A DNA stretch of 64,000 nucleotides from the NCBI RefSeq assembly GCF_003334305.1, contig NZ_QOWS01000009.1; one strand, written 5' to 3'. Source of the stretch: Escherichia coli. Its GTDB lineage: Bacteria > Pseudomonadota > Gammaproteobacteria > Enterobacterales > Enterobacteriaceae. A program made the position numbers and the translations under genes. Shown in pieces: positions 26,190-36,436 of the stretch. The notes below the pieces were generated by a model. The model did no database searches and was not told the DNA's origin. It worked only from the letters and a program-made list of their open reading frames with translations. Position 1 is the first letter of the stretch, and every line of letters starts with the position of its first letter.

Positions 26190-27443
26190 ATGTCGTTTTG
26201 TTGGAATGAAATTAATTCTGGTATAAAGTCTTTAATTCTCATATTATGTATTTTTTCTTTAATGACTTTGTCTTTATGGGATGATGTTGCAACAAAGTTT
26301 CTTCATGCAGCTGGAATTATATCTGCATTGTATTTTCTTGCGACACCAAAAAAAACAATAACTAATAATCCTACTTTGTTAATTTTCATCTCATTATGTC
26401 TTTTGGGTATCGTAAATATCATCTGGTATTCACATTATAAAGTTTCAGGCTCTGTTTATACCAATGCATATCGTGGCCCAATGGAAACTGGAAAAATTGC
26501 CTTGTGTAGCGCTTTTATTTTCTTAGTTCTTTTTGCTAAAAATGAGATGAGAACAAAAATAAAATTTGGGAAACTAATTCTGTTCGCATCCCTGGCAACG
26601 CAGTTACTTTTTTTTGCGCATGCCATGTGGCAACATTTCTATTTAAACGTCGACCGTGTTGCATTATCAGCTTCCCACGCTACAACAGCAGGCTACATCA
26701 TCCTTTTTCCTTCTTTACTGGCATCAATTCTCATTTTAAAATCCGACTTTAGACATAAAACAACATTATATACAATTAACTTCATGCTTAGCTTATGTGC
26801 TGTCATAGTAACTGAGACGCGTGCAGCCATATTAGTGTTTCCATTCTTTGCGTTAATATTAATCGTAATGGATAGTTATATTAATAAGCGAATTAATTAT
26901 AAGTTATATTGTTTTATTACGATTGCATTATTAGCAGGTGTATTTTCTTTTAAAGATACATTGCTTATGAGAATGAATGACTTAAATAACGATTTAGTTA
27001 ATTATTCGCATGATAACACCAGAACTTCAGTCGGTGCCCGTCTGGCAATGTATGAAGTTGGCTTAAAAACATATTCTCCAATAGGACAATCACTGGAAAA
27101 ACGTGCGGAAAAAATACATGAACTAGAAGAAAAAGAGCCTAGATTGAGTGGCGCTTTACCCTATGTAGATTCTCATTTGCATAACGATCTCATAGATACG
27201 TTATCAACGCGTGGTATTCCTGGAGTTGTATTAACAATTTTAGCATTTTCAGCAATACTCATATATGCCTTAAGAACTGCTAAAGAACCTTATATTTTAA
27301 TCTTGCTTTTTTCACTACTGGTAGTAGGACTAAGTGATGTAATACTCTTTTCTAAACCGGTTCCGACTGCTGTGTTTATCACCATAATATTGCTTTGTGC
27401 TTATTTTAAAGCACAATCGGACCAATGTTTATTAGAGAAGTAA
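26190..27443 (+). CDS. waaL: O-antigen ligase
   Basis: 417-aa polytopic membrane protein at the canonical end of the outer-core operon. Confidence 0.88.
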   Translation: MSFCWNEINSGIKSLILILCIFSLMTLSLWDDVATKFLHAAGIISALYFLATPKKTITNNPTLLIFISLCLLGIVNIIWYSHYKVSGSVYTNAYRGPMETGKIALCSAFIFLVLFAKNEMRTKIKFGKLILFASLATQLLFFAHAMWQHFYLNVDRVALSASHATTAGYIILFPSLLASILILKSDFRHKTTLYTINFMLSLCAVIVTETRAAILVFPFFALILIVMDSYINKRINYKLYCFITIALLAGVFSFKDTLLMRMNDLNNDLVNYSHDNTRTSVGARLAMYEVGLKTYSPIGQSLEKRAEKIHELEEKEPRLSGALPYVDSHLHNDLIDTLSTRGIPGVVLTILAFSAILIYALRTAKEPYILILLFSLLVVGLSDVILFSKPVPTAVFITIILLCAYFKAQSDQCLLEK

Positions 27444-27457
27444 TGAATATGTGAAAT

Positions 27458-27486
27458 AAAATCAGCAAGGAAGCTGATTTTATTTC
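27458..27486. terminator. bidirectional terminator between convergent waaL and waaC
   Basis: ATCAGC-AAGGAA-GCTGAT hairpin flanked by A-run and T-run. Confidence 0.7.
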
Positions 27487-27512
27487 AAAATTATCTATTA
27501 AAGAGTTGTAAT

Positions 27513-28484
27513 TTAAATCATGGCAGCGTTTTCTTCAATGAACCGCTTAACAGCATTTGCTGTCAATTGAGACAACTCATTCCCCGGAGCCCTACAAACC
27601 ATCTGATTCTTCCCATACCCACCAATTAATCCCGGATCGGTTGGTCCATAAACCGTGATATTGGGTCTATCCAGTGCCGCCGTTAAATGGCTTAACCCCG
27701 TATCCACCGACACTACAAATTTAGCCCCGGCCAGCACGCGGGCAACGCCTTCCAGACTCATCTTCGGCAATACTTCAACATAAGCAAATCCTTCCGCCAG
27801 TCGTTTCGCCCGTTCTTCCTCATGCGGCGCGCCCCACGGAAGTTTAATCCGTATTCCTGAATCAGCCAGTAAACCAATCAATTCTCGCCAGTGTTCTTCC
27901 GGCCAGTGTTTATCATCACGGGTCGTCGCATGAAGAAATACGGCATATTCGCCAGCATCTGTAGGCAGGTTCGTCAGAAAATGCTGTGCGATAGCATAAT
28001 CGCCCTGGGTTTGCGGTTTGCTATAGCCCAAACTTTTGGCAAACAGTTCGCGGGTGCGTTCTACGGCGTGCTGCTGTTTTGCAATATGATGCTTACGATT
28101 GTAAAACAGGCTGGCTAAAGGTTCGCGAGCGGTTTGCCAGTCCATGCCATGCTTTACGCCATGCGCCAGACGCGTCACCAGCGCCGCGCTTTTTACCAGC
28201 CCCTGAGCGTCGATAACTGCGTCATAGTTCTCTGCTTGTAGCGCTTCACGAAACGCTTTGCGTTCAGCTTTTATAGGGGCCGAGAACCAGGCTTTACGCC
28301 AGCGACGTATTGCCACAGGAATAACTCGCTCAACGGCAGCGTGCCAGGAAGGAATCTGTGCGAACCCTTCTTCCACCACCCAGTCAAACTTAATTTCTGG
28401 GATTGCCTGCTGGGCATCAGTGAGTGCGGGCAACGTATGGAGAACATCGCCCATCGACGATGTTTTAACGATCAAAACCCGCAT
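27513..28484 (-). CDS. waaC: LPS heptosyltransferase I
   Basis: 323-aa ORF MRVLIVKTSSMGDVLHTLPALTDA... Confidence 0.95.
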   Translation of the reverse strand: MRVLIVKTSSMGDVLHTLPALTDAQQAIPEIKFDWVVEEGFAQIPSWHAAVERVIPVAIRRWRKAWFSAPIKAERKAFREALQAENYDAVIDAQGLVKSAALVTRLAHGVKHGMDWQTAREPLASLFYNRKHHIAKQQHAVERTRELFAKSLGYSKPQTQGDYAIAQHFLTNLPTDAGEYAVFLHATTRDDKHWPEEHWRELIGLLADSGIRIKLPWGAPHEEERAKRLAEGFAYVEVLPKMSLEGVARVLAGAKFVVSVDTGLSHLTAALDRPNITVYGPTDPGLIGGYGKNQMVCRAPGNELSQLTANAVKRFIEENAAMI

Positions 28485-28487
28485 CCG

Positions 28488-29534
28488 TCAGGCTTCCTCT
28501 TGTAACAATAGCGCGTTGAGTTCTTCCAGTACGCGCTGGGGAGTAATGTCGATCAAGCTCTGGTGATAACCCTCCGCAGCGTCACCTTTACGCACTTTGT
28601 GATAGCCGGTAATCAGGCGGATCACGCGCGCTTTATGGGATAGCGGCGGTGTGAAGTCCGGGCTACTCGGACCATACAGGGCAACCAGCGGACGATTGAG
28701 CGCCGCCGCAACGTGCATCAGGCCAGAATCGTTAGTGACAATGGCTTTACAGGCTGCAATCAGGATAACCGCTTGATCAAGCTGTGTTTCCCCCGCCAGG
28801 TTCCGACACCATGCCTGCTGCTCGGTATTCAAAGCGGCAAGAATCTCATTGCCTGCTTCATGATCTTTCGCCGAGCCAAACAGAACCACCTGATAACCTT
28901 CATCAATCAGCTGCTTTGCCAGCTCCGCATAGTGGTAGTGTGGCCAGCGTTTTGCCGGACCAAACTCCGCACCCGGGCAAAAACCAATCATCGGACGTTC
29001 TGATGAAAGCGAAAATTGATTACAGGTATATGATTTTTCACCTTCGCTCACCTGCAACTGCGGCCATAACAATGGCTGCGGCAGATCTTGTGCTGTGCGC
29101 ATAATGCCTTTGTCATAGGCCAGCGCGACATAGCGTTCCACCATTAGCGGCCAGGCTTCTTTATCGAGCACGCGTACATCGTTGAGTAAACCGTAGCGCA
29201 TCTCGCCGCGCCAGCCGGTGCGATGAGGAATACCCGCGAAGAAAGGCACTAATGCGGATTTGAAGGAGTTGGGTAAGACGTAGGCGCGGTCGTAGCGCTT
29301 TTCACGCAGGCTATGACCCAGTTTGCGGCGTTCGCCGATTTCCAGCGCTCCGTGACCGAGAGGCATAGGGATAGCTTCGTTAACTTCCGGCATCCGCGAT
29401 AATAATGGACGGCACCATGCCGGTGCCATCACATCGATTATCGCCTGGGGATAGCGCGCCTGGAGCGTGCGATAGAGACTTTGCGACATCATCATGTCGC
29501 CAACCCAAGACGGGCCGATCACCAGTATTTTCAT
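28488..29534 (-). CDS. waaF: LPS heptosyltransferase II
   Basis: 348-aa ORF MKILVIGPSWVGDMMMSQSLYRTL... Confidence 0.95.
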   Translation of the reverse strand: MKILVIGPSWVGDMMMSQSLYRTLQARYPQAIIDVMAPAWCRPLLSRMPEVNEAIPMPLGHGALEIGERRKLGHSLREKRYDRAYVLPNSFKSALVPFFAGIPHRTGWRGEMRYGLLNDVRVLDKEAWPLMVERYVALAYDKGIMRTAQDLPQPLLWPQLQVSEGEKSYTCNQFSLSSERPMIGFCPGAEFGPAKRWPHYHYAELAKQLIDEGYQVVLFGSAKDHEAGNEILAALNTEQQAWCRNLAGETQLDQAVILIAACKAIVTNDSGLMHVAAALNRPLVALYGPSSPDFTPPLSHKARVIRLITGYHKVRKGDAAEGYHQSLIDITPQRVLEELNALLLQEEA

Positions 29535-29543
29535 GCAGAGCTC

Positions 29544-30476
29544 TTATGCGTCGCGATTCAGCCAGGCCATGTATTCCGTTACACCTTCAGCAACGGTTTT
29601 GAACGGTTTGTCGTAACCCGCCGCGCGCAGATTTGTCAGATCTGCCTGAGTGAACGCCTGGTAGCGGCCTTTCAGCTTATCCGGGAACGGAATGTATTCG
29701 ATCTGGCCTTTCTTGTGATAAGCCAGCGTAGCATCTGCTACTGCCTGGAAGGATTCTGCACGACCGGTGCCGAGGTTGAAGATACCGGAAACGCCATTTT
29801 CCAGGAACCACAGGTTTACATCTGCCACGTCGCCCACATAGACGAAGTCGCGTTTGAAGTTCTCGCTACCTTCAAACAGCTTCGGTGATTCACCGTTGTT
29901 AAGCTGAGTGTTGAGATGGAACGCGACGCTCGCCATGCTGCCTTTATGGCCTTCACGCGGTCCATAAACGTTGAAATAACGGAAGCCAACAATCTGCGAG
30001 TTCGCTTCAGGCAGGATTTGGCGAACATATTCATCAAACAGGAATTTTGAGTAACCGTAGACGTTCAACGGTTTTTCGTACTCGCGGGATTCAATAAAGT
30101 CGGAGGTGCGTCCGCCGTAGGTGGCTGCGGAAGAAGCGTACAGGAACGGGATTTCGCGCTCCAGGCAGTAGTGCAGCAGCTCCTTGGAGTATTGATAGTT
30201 GTTATCCATCATATACTTGCCGTCCCACTCGGTGGTGGAAGAGCATGCGCCTTCGTGGAAAATCGCTTCGACATCGCCGAACTCTTCGCCAGCCATAATC
30301 TGGATCAGGAAGTCTTCCTTATCCATATAGTCCGCGATATCCAGATCCACCAGGTTCACAAACTTGGTGCCGTCTTTCAGGTTGTCCACCACCAGAATAT
30401 CGGTGATGCCTTTATCATTCAGGGCCTTAACGATGTTGCTGCCGATAAAGCCCGCGCCGCCGGTAACGATGATCAT
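29544..30476 (-). CDS. hldD: ADP-L-glycero-D-manno-heptose 6-epimerase
   Basis: 310-aa [26 protein letters not shown]... (Rossmann fold). Confidence 0.96.
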
Positions 30477-30689
30477 AACTGTAACCTTCGAATTATGGAG
30501 TCAGAGACAATCTCAGACACGAATACTTCTATCATATCACTACACGGCGTTGGCTTCAGCCATTCGCCAAAAGTGAGATTGATGGACGTTATTTATCCTG
30601 AATTTTGCAGAAGTGTTAACGCGTCATCTCGTCGCGACCTATAAGTTTGGGTAATATGTGCTGGAATTTGCCCTGTCTGGAGAATCGCA

Positions 30690-31886
30690 ATGCGTGGAGA
30701 ATTTTATCAGCAGTTAACCAACGATCTGGAAACCGCACGGGCGGAAGGGTTGTTTAAAGAAGAGCGCATTATTACGTCTGCGCAGCAAGCAGATATCACT
30801 GTGGCTGATGGAAGCCACGTCATTAACTTTTGTGCCAACAACTATCTCGGGCTGGCGAATCATCCGGATCTGATTGCGGCAGCAAAGGCGGGAATGGATT
30901 CTCACGGTTTCGGCATGGCTTCGGTGCGTTTTATTTGCGGCACTCAGGACAGCCATAAAGAGCTTGAACAAAAACTGGCGGCATTCCTGGGGATGGAAGA
31001 TGCGATTCTCTACTCTTCCTGCTTTGATGCTAACGGTGGACTGTTTGAAACGCTGCTGGGTGCGGAAGACGCCATTATCTCCGACGCACTGAACCACGCG
31101 TCTATTATTGATGGTGTGCGTCTGTGCAAAGCTAAACGCTATCGCTATGCCAACAACGATATGCAGGAGCTGGAAGCACGTCTGAAAGAAGCGCGTGAAG
31201 CCGGTGCGCGTCATGTGCTGATTGCCACCGATGGTGTGTTCTCAATGGACGGCGTGATTGCCAACCTGAAAGGCGTTTGCGATCTGGCAGATAAATACGA
31301 TGCCCTGGTGATGGTGGATGACTCCCACGCGGTCGGTTTTGTCGGTGAAAATGGTCGTGGTTCCCATGAATACTGCGATGTGATGGGCCGGGTCGATATT
31401 ATCACCGGTACGCTTGGTAAAGCGCTGGGCGGGGCTTCTGGTGGTTATACCGCGGCGCGCAAAGAGGTGGTTGAGTGGCTGCGCCAGCGTTCTCGTCCGT
31501 ACCTGTTCTCCAACTCGCTGGCACCGGCCATTGTTGCCGCGTCCATCAAAGTACTGGAGATGGTCGAAGCGGGCAGCGAACTGCGTGACCGTCTGTGGGC
31601 GAACGCGCGCCAGTTCCGTGAGCAAATGTCGGCGGCGGGCTTTACCCTGGCGGGAGCCGATCATGCCATTATTCCGGTCATGCTTGGCGATGCAGTAGTG
31701 GCGCAGAAATTTGCCCGTGAGCTGCAAAAAGAGGGCATTTACGTCACCGGTTTCTTCTATCCGGTCGTTCCGAAAGGTCAGGCGCGTATTCGTACCCAGA
31801 TGTCTGCGGCGCATACCCCTGAGCAAATTACGCGTGCAGTAGAAGCATTCACGCGTATTGGTAAACAACTGGGCGTTATCGCCTGA
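30690..31886 (+). CDS. kbl: 2-amino-3-ketobutyrate CoA ligase
   Basis: 398-aa PLP-dependent enzyme. Confidence 0.96.
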   Translation: MRGEFYQQLTNDLETARAEGLFKEERIITSAQQADITVADGSHVINFCANNYLGLANHPDLIAAAKAGMDSHGFGMASVRFICGTQDSHKELEQKLAAFLGMEDAILYSSCFDANGGLFETLLGAEDAIISDALNHASIIDGVRLCKAKRYRYANNDMQELEARLKEAREAGARHVLIATDGVFSMDGVIANLKGVCDLADKYDALVMVDDSHAVGFVGENGRGSHEYCDVMGRVDIITGTLGKALGGASGGYTAARKEVVEWLRQRSRPYLFSNSLAPAIVAASIKVLEMVEAGSELRDRLWANARQFREQMSAAGFTLAGADHAIIPVMLGDAVVAQKFARELQKEGIYVTGFFYPVVPKGQARIRTQMSAAHTPEQITRAVEAFTRIGKQLGVIA

Positions 31887-31895
31887 GGATGTGAG

Positions 31896-32921
31896 ATGAA
31901 AGCGTTATCCAAACTGAAAGCGGAAGAGGGCATCTGGATGACCGACGTTCCTGTACCGGAACTCGGGCATAACGATCTGCTGATTAAAATCCGTAAAACA
32001 GCCATCTGCGGGACTGACGTTCACATCTATAACTGGGATGAGTGGTCGCAAAAAACCATCCCGGTGCCGATGGTCGTAGGCCATGAATATGTCGGTGAAG
32101 TGGTAGGTATTGGTCAGGAAGTGAAAGGCTTCAAAATCGGCGATCGCGTTTCTGGCGAAGGCCATATCACCTGCGGTCACTGTCGCAACTGTCGTGGCGG
32201 TCGTACCCATCTGTGCCGCAACACCATTGGTGTCGGTGTTAACCGTCCGGGCTGCTTCGCCGAATATCTGGTGATTCCGGCGTTCAACGCTTTCAAAATC
32301 CCCGACAATATCTCCGACGACCTGGCTTCCATTTTTGATCCCTTCGGTAACGCCGTGCATACCGCGCTGTCGTTCGATCTGGTGGGCGAAGATGTGCTGG
32401 TTTCTGGTGCAGGTCCGATAGGTATTATGGCTGCGGCGGTGGCGAAACACGTTGGTGCACGCAATGTGGTGATCACCGATGTTAACGAATACCGCCTTGA
32501 GCTGGCGCGCAAAATGGGTATCACCCGTGCGGTCAACGTCGCTAAAGAAAACCTTAATGATGTGATGGCAGAACTGGGCATGACCGAAGGCTTTGATGTC
32601 GGTCTGGAAATGTCCGGTGCGCCGCCAGCGTTTCGTACCATGCTCGACACCATGAACCACGGCGGTCGCATTGCGATGCTGGGTATTCCACCGTCCGATA
32701 TGTCTATCGACTGGACCAAAGTAATCTTTAAAGGCTTGTTCATTAAAGGTATTTACGGTCGTGAGATGTTTGAAACCTGGTACAAGATGGCGGCGCTGAT
32801 TCAGTCAGGTCTGGATCTCTCGCCGATCATTACCCATCGTTTCTCTATCGATGATTTCCAGAAGGGCTTTGACGCTATGCGTTCGGGCCAGTCCGGGAAA
32901 GTAATTCTGAGTTGGGATTAA
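31896..32921 (+). CDS. tdh: L-threonine 3-dehydrogenase
   Basis: 341-aa zinc-dependent ADH-family enzyme. Confidence 0.96.
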
Positions 32922-32928
32922 CACGAAC

Positions 32929-32952
32929 AAGGGCTGGTATTCCAGCCCTTTT
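32929..32952 (+). terminator. rho-independent terminator after tdh
   Basis: GGGCTGG-TATT-CCAGCCC hairpin followed by TTTTG. Confidence 0.8.
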
Positions 32953-33159
32953 GCCTGAGGATAATCCGTTAAATATGTAAAATCCTGTCAGTGTAATAAA
33001 GATATCGTAATTGCGCTGATCTCTTATATAGCTGCTCTCATTATCTCTCTACCCTGAAGTGACTCTCTCACCTGTAAAAATAATATCTCACAGGCTTAAT
33101 AGTTTCTTAATACAAAGCCTGTAAAACGTCAGGATAACTTCAGAGGTCGTCGGTAATTT

Positions 33160-34194
33160 ATGATGAACAGCACCAATAAACTTAGTGTTATTATTCCGTT
33201 ATATAATGCGGGCGATGATTTCCGCACTTGTATGGAATCTTTAATTACGCAAACCTGGACTGCTCTGGAAATCATTATTATTAACGATGGTTCAACGGAT
33301 AATTCTGTTGAAATAGCAAAGCATTACGCAGAAAACTATCCGCACGTTCGTTTGTTGCATCAGGCGAATGCTGGCGCATCGGTAGCGCGTAATCGTGGGA
33401 TCGAGGTGGCGACGGGCAAATATGTCGCTTTTGTCGATGCTGACGATGAGGTCTATCCCACCATGTACGAAACGCTGATGACCATGGCGTTAGAGGATGA
33501 CCTCGACGTGGCGCAGTGCAACGCTGACTGGTGTTTTCGTGAAACGGGAGAAACCTGGCAATCCATCCCCAGCGATCGCCTTCGCTCAACCGGCGTATTA
33601 ACCGGCCCGGACTGGCTGCGGATGGGGCTTTCTTCGCGCCGTTGGACTCACGTTGTCTGGATGGGGGTTTATCGCCGTGATGTTATTGTTAAAAATAACA
33701 TTAAATTTATTGCCGGATTACATCATCAGGATATTGTCTGGACAACAGAATTCATGTTTAACGCGCTGCGTGCGCGATATACCGAGCAATCATTATATAA
33801 ATATTATCTGCATAATACGTCAGTGAGTCGGTTGCATAGACAAGGGAATAAAAACCTTAATTATCAACGTCACTATATTAAGATTACCCGCCTGCTGGAG
33901 AAATTAAATCGAAATTATGCCGACAAAATTACGATTTATCCGGAATTTCATCAGCAAATAACTTACGAAGCATTGCGTGTTTGCCATGCGGTGCGCAAAG
34001 AGCCGGATATTCTTACCCGCCAACGGATGATTGCCGAGATATTTACTTCCGGTATGTATAAGCGCCTGATTACCAATGTGCGCAGCGTGAAGGTCGGTTA
34101 CCAGGCGTTACTGTGGTCTTTCCGCTTATGGCAATGGCGCGACAAAACGCGGTCGCACCATCGCATTACGCGTAGCGCCTTTAATTTGCGCTAG
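33160..34194 (+). CDS. waaH: GT2 glycosyltransferase WaaH (YibD)
   Basis: 344-aa GT2 (SVIIPLYNAGDD..., VDADDE). Confidence 0.92.
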   Translation: MMNSTNKLSVIIPLYNAGDDFRTCMESLITQTWTALEIIIINDGSTDNSVEIAKHYAENYPHVRLLHQANAGASVARNRGIEVATGKYVAFVDADDEVYPTMYETLMTMALEDDLDVAQCNADWCFRETGETWQSIPSDRLRSTGVLTGPDWLRMGLSSRRWTHVVWMGVYRRDVIVKNNIKFIAGLHHQDIVWTTEFMFNALRARYTEQSLYKYYLHNTSVSRLHRQGNKNLNYQRHYIKITRLLEKLNRNYADKITIYPEFHQQITYEALRVCHAVRKEPDILTRQRMIAEIFTSGMYKRLITNVRSVKVGYQALLWSFRLWQWRDKTRSHHRITRSAFNLR

Positions 34195-35140
34195 CGTTAA
34201 ACTTCGCCGCTTCGGGCTGTTTGCCCCAGCCTTGCCACTGATGCTGGAAGTAAACGATCAGCGTGCTCTGGCTGATGCTTTCGCTTAATACTTCAAAGAA
34301 GCGATTAGCATAAACAGGTTCTATCGGTTTCTTCGGTTTGCACAGCTTCACGCCACGGAACGGATTACGCGGTGCATCAGGCACAGCGTTTTTCGGCGGT
34401 GTAGAAGTATCAACCTGCGGTTCATTCAGCAAGCTGCTGGCTTTCACCAGCGTAATGTCTGGCGGCAGGTTATAAACCATCTGTTGTAGCACGCGTACCG
34501 TTGAAGGGTGAGGATGCCCAATGGCAATGGTTGAACCGTTGCGACGCGCCAGATCAATTGCGCGATTAAATTGCACACGGATGTCCGCTTCGTTCTGCGA
34601 ATCGTCGAGGAACACCTTCCGTTTGATCACCTTCACGCCAGTACCTTGCGCGGCGCGCATCGCCTGGGTATTACCGATGGTTACGCTGTCGAGGAAGTAA
34701 AGATTGTAACGCTCCAGTGCCTGCATCACTTTCTGCATACCAAACAGGTTAGAGGTCATCTTGCTACCCATGTGGTTGTTGATCCCCACGGCATAGGGCA
34801 CGTTATTGACCGCACTACGAATAATGCGCTCAATTTCGTCGCTGCTCATCTCCGGGCGCAGCGTATTTTTCTCCAGCGGCTGTTTACTCAGTGGTGCCAT
34901 CGGGAGATGAATCAACACTTCGTGCCCGCTGTTATGCGCTTTGGTCGCCATCTCTCTGGCGTGCGGTGAATCGGGTAATACAGCGACGGAGATAGCGGAG
35001 GGCATCGCCAGCACCTGGTTTTCGTTGTGCGGGCGATACCCAAAATCATCAATGACGATGGCAAGTTTGCCAGCAAGTACGGGGGAGGAGAGCGCCAACA
35101 GAGCGGCAAATGCAAGAACGTTACGACGAAATGGAAACAA
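34181..35140 (-). CDS. yibQ: divergent polysaccharide deacetylase family protein YibQ
   Basis: 319-aa ORF with signal peptide; 3' end overlaps waaH 3' end by 14 nt (convergent). Confidence 0.9.
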   Translation of the reverse strand: MFPFRRNVLAFAALLALSSPVLAGKLAIVIDDFGYRPHNENQVLAMPSAISVAVLPDSPHAREMATKAHNSGHEVLIHLPMAPLSKQPLEKNTLRPEMSSDEIERIIRSAVNNVPYAVGINNHMGSKMTSNLFGMQKVMQALERYNLYFLDSVTIGNTQAMRAAQGTGVKVIKRKVFLDDSQNEADIRVQFNRAIDLARRNGSTIAIGHPHPSTVRVLQQMVYNLPPDITLVKASSLLNEPQVDTSTPPKNAVPDAPRNPFRGVKLCKPKKPIEPVYANRFFEVLSESISQSTLIVYFQHQWQGWGKQPEAAKFNASAN

Positions 35141-35143
35141 AAC

Positions 35144-36403
35144 TTATCTTCCCAACCACGGCTGTGGATTGACCGCCTGACCCTGGCGGCGAATTTCGAA
35201 ATAGAGTGAAGGCCGACCCTGACCGCCACTGCTGCCCACCAGTGCAATTGGCTGGCCCGCGCGAACCTGCGAACCAACGCTCACCAGTGCGCTCTGATTA
35301 TAGCCGTAAAGACTCATGTCGCCTTTACCGTGCTCAACCACCACCACCAGACCGTAACCTTGCAGCCAGTCAGCCAGAATCACCCGACCGTCGGCAATCG
35401 CTTTAACTTCAGTACCTTCAGAGGCACCGATAACCATTCCTTTCCAGCGTAGTTCGCCCTGTAGCTGTTCACCATAGCGATGCAGCGTCGGCCCGCGAAC
35501 CGGCCAGAATGCCTGACCACGCGGCGCACCCAGGCCACCAGTTCGGGACATCAGCGATTTTTCGCTTTCGGTCGGTTTATAGGTGGTGCCTTTGCGCGTC
35601 GCTTCTTTCTGGCGGTCGCGAACCGCCTGGGCCTCACGCGCTTCTCGTTCAGCACGCGCTTTCGCCGCGGCTTCCGCACGGGCAATGCTGTTACGCAGAC
35701 GGGATTCGTTGGCACGCAGTTCACTTAGCTGCTGCTGACCTTGCTGGATGGAAGATTCCAGCCCCGCCAGCGTCTTTTTACGCTCGTTCAGAGCCTGAGT
35801 CAGTTTCGCCTGTTGGGCGCGCTGTTCATATAACAGCGTTTGTTGCTCGCTTTGTTTCTCTTCCAGTTCAGCACGCTGCATGGCGACTTCTTCACGCGTT
35901 TGCTTCAACTGGGCAATGGTTTCTTGTCGCGCCTGGTTGAGATAGCCGAAATAAGCCTGTAAACGCTGTCCACGCTGGCTTTCTTCACCGCTGAGAATTA
36001 GCTGAATACCGGTATGCTCGCCCTGACGGAATGCGGCATCCAGTTGCGCGGCGAGGCTGCGCTCCTGGGCGGCTTTTTGCTGCTCCAGTTTGGCAATCGA
36101 CGCGTTCATCTCATCAATCTGTTTATTGAGTTGATTGAGCGTGTTTTGCGTTTCGCGCAGCTTACGGGTGGCTTCAGAGATCGCTTCTTCCTGCTTTTTC
36201 AATTGTGCGAGCAGGCTTGCGCGTTGTTGTTGCTTTTGGCGTACCGCGCGCTCTTTTGCGGCGATATCGGCCTGAATAGATTTGAGTTGGTCACGCTCAT
36301 CCGCGTGGGCGGAAAAGGCGCACAACAATACGCCAGCGCTAAGAACGCTGGCGTAGATGATGGGCCTGATTGCAAACCTGCGCGGTTTCACGGCCCGTGT
36401 CAT
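35144..36403 (-). CDS. envC: murein hydrolase activator EnvC
   Basis: ORF 35144-36427; start trimmed to MTRAVKPRRFAIRP (419 aa); long coiled coil plus C-terminal LytM domain. Confidence 0.92.
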   Translation of the reverse strand: MTRAVKPRRFAIRPIIYASVLSAGVLLCAFSAHADERDQLKSIQADIAAKERAVRQKQQQRASLLAQLKKQEEAISEATRKLRETQNTLNQLNKQIDEMNASIAKLEQQKAAQERSLAAQLDAAFRQGEHTGIQLILSGEESQRGQRLQAYFGYLNQARQETIAQLKQTREEVAMQRAELEEKQSEQQTLLYEQRAQQAKLTQALNERKKTLAGLESSIQQGQQQLSELRANESRLRNSIARAEAAAKARAEREAREAQAVRDRQKEATRKGTTYKPTESEKSLMSRTGGLGAPRGQAFWPVRGPTLHRYGEQLQGELRWKGMVIGASEGTEVKAIADGRVILADWLQGYGLVVVVEHGKGDMSLYGYNQSALVSVGSQVRAGQPIALVGSSGGQGRPSLYFEIRRQGQAVNPQPWLGR

Positions 36404-36436
36404 GGTATTAATCGCCTTTCCCCTCATGGGGAGGGA

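Noticed and set aside
21280-27500. Mobile element or integrase flanking the AT-rich waa outer-core block
   Set aside because: No transposase, integrase, inverted-repeat ends or tRNA were found; the block appears to be exchanged by homologous recombination in flanking conserved waa genes
32960-33159. Pho box upstream of waaH
   Set aside because: Only weak matches (CTGTCAG..., CCTGTAAAAATAATATCTCACAGG) to the CTGTCAT direct-repeat consensus; cannot place a site confidently without a matrix scan
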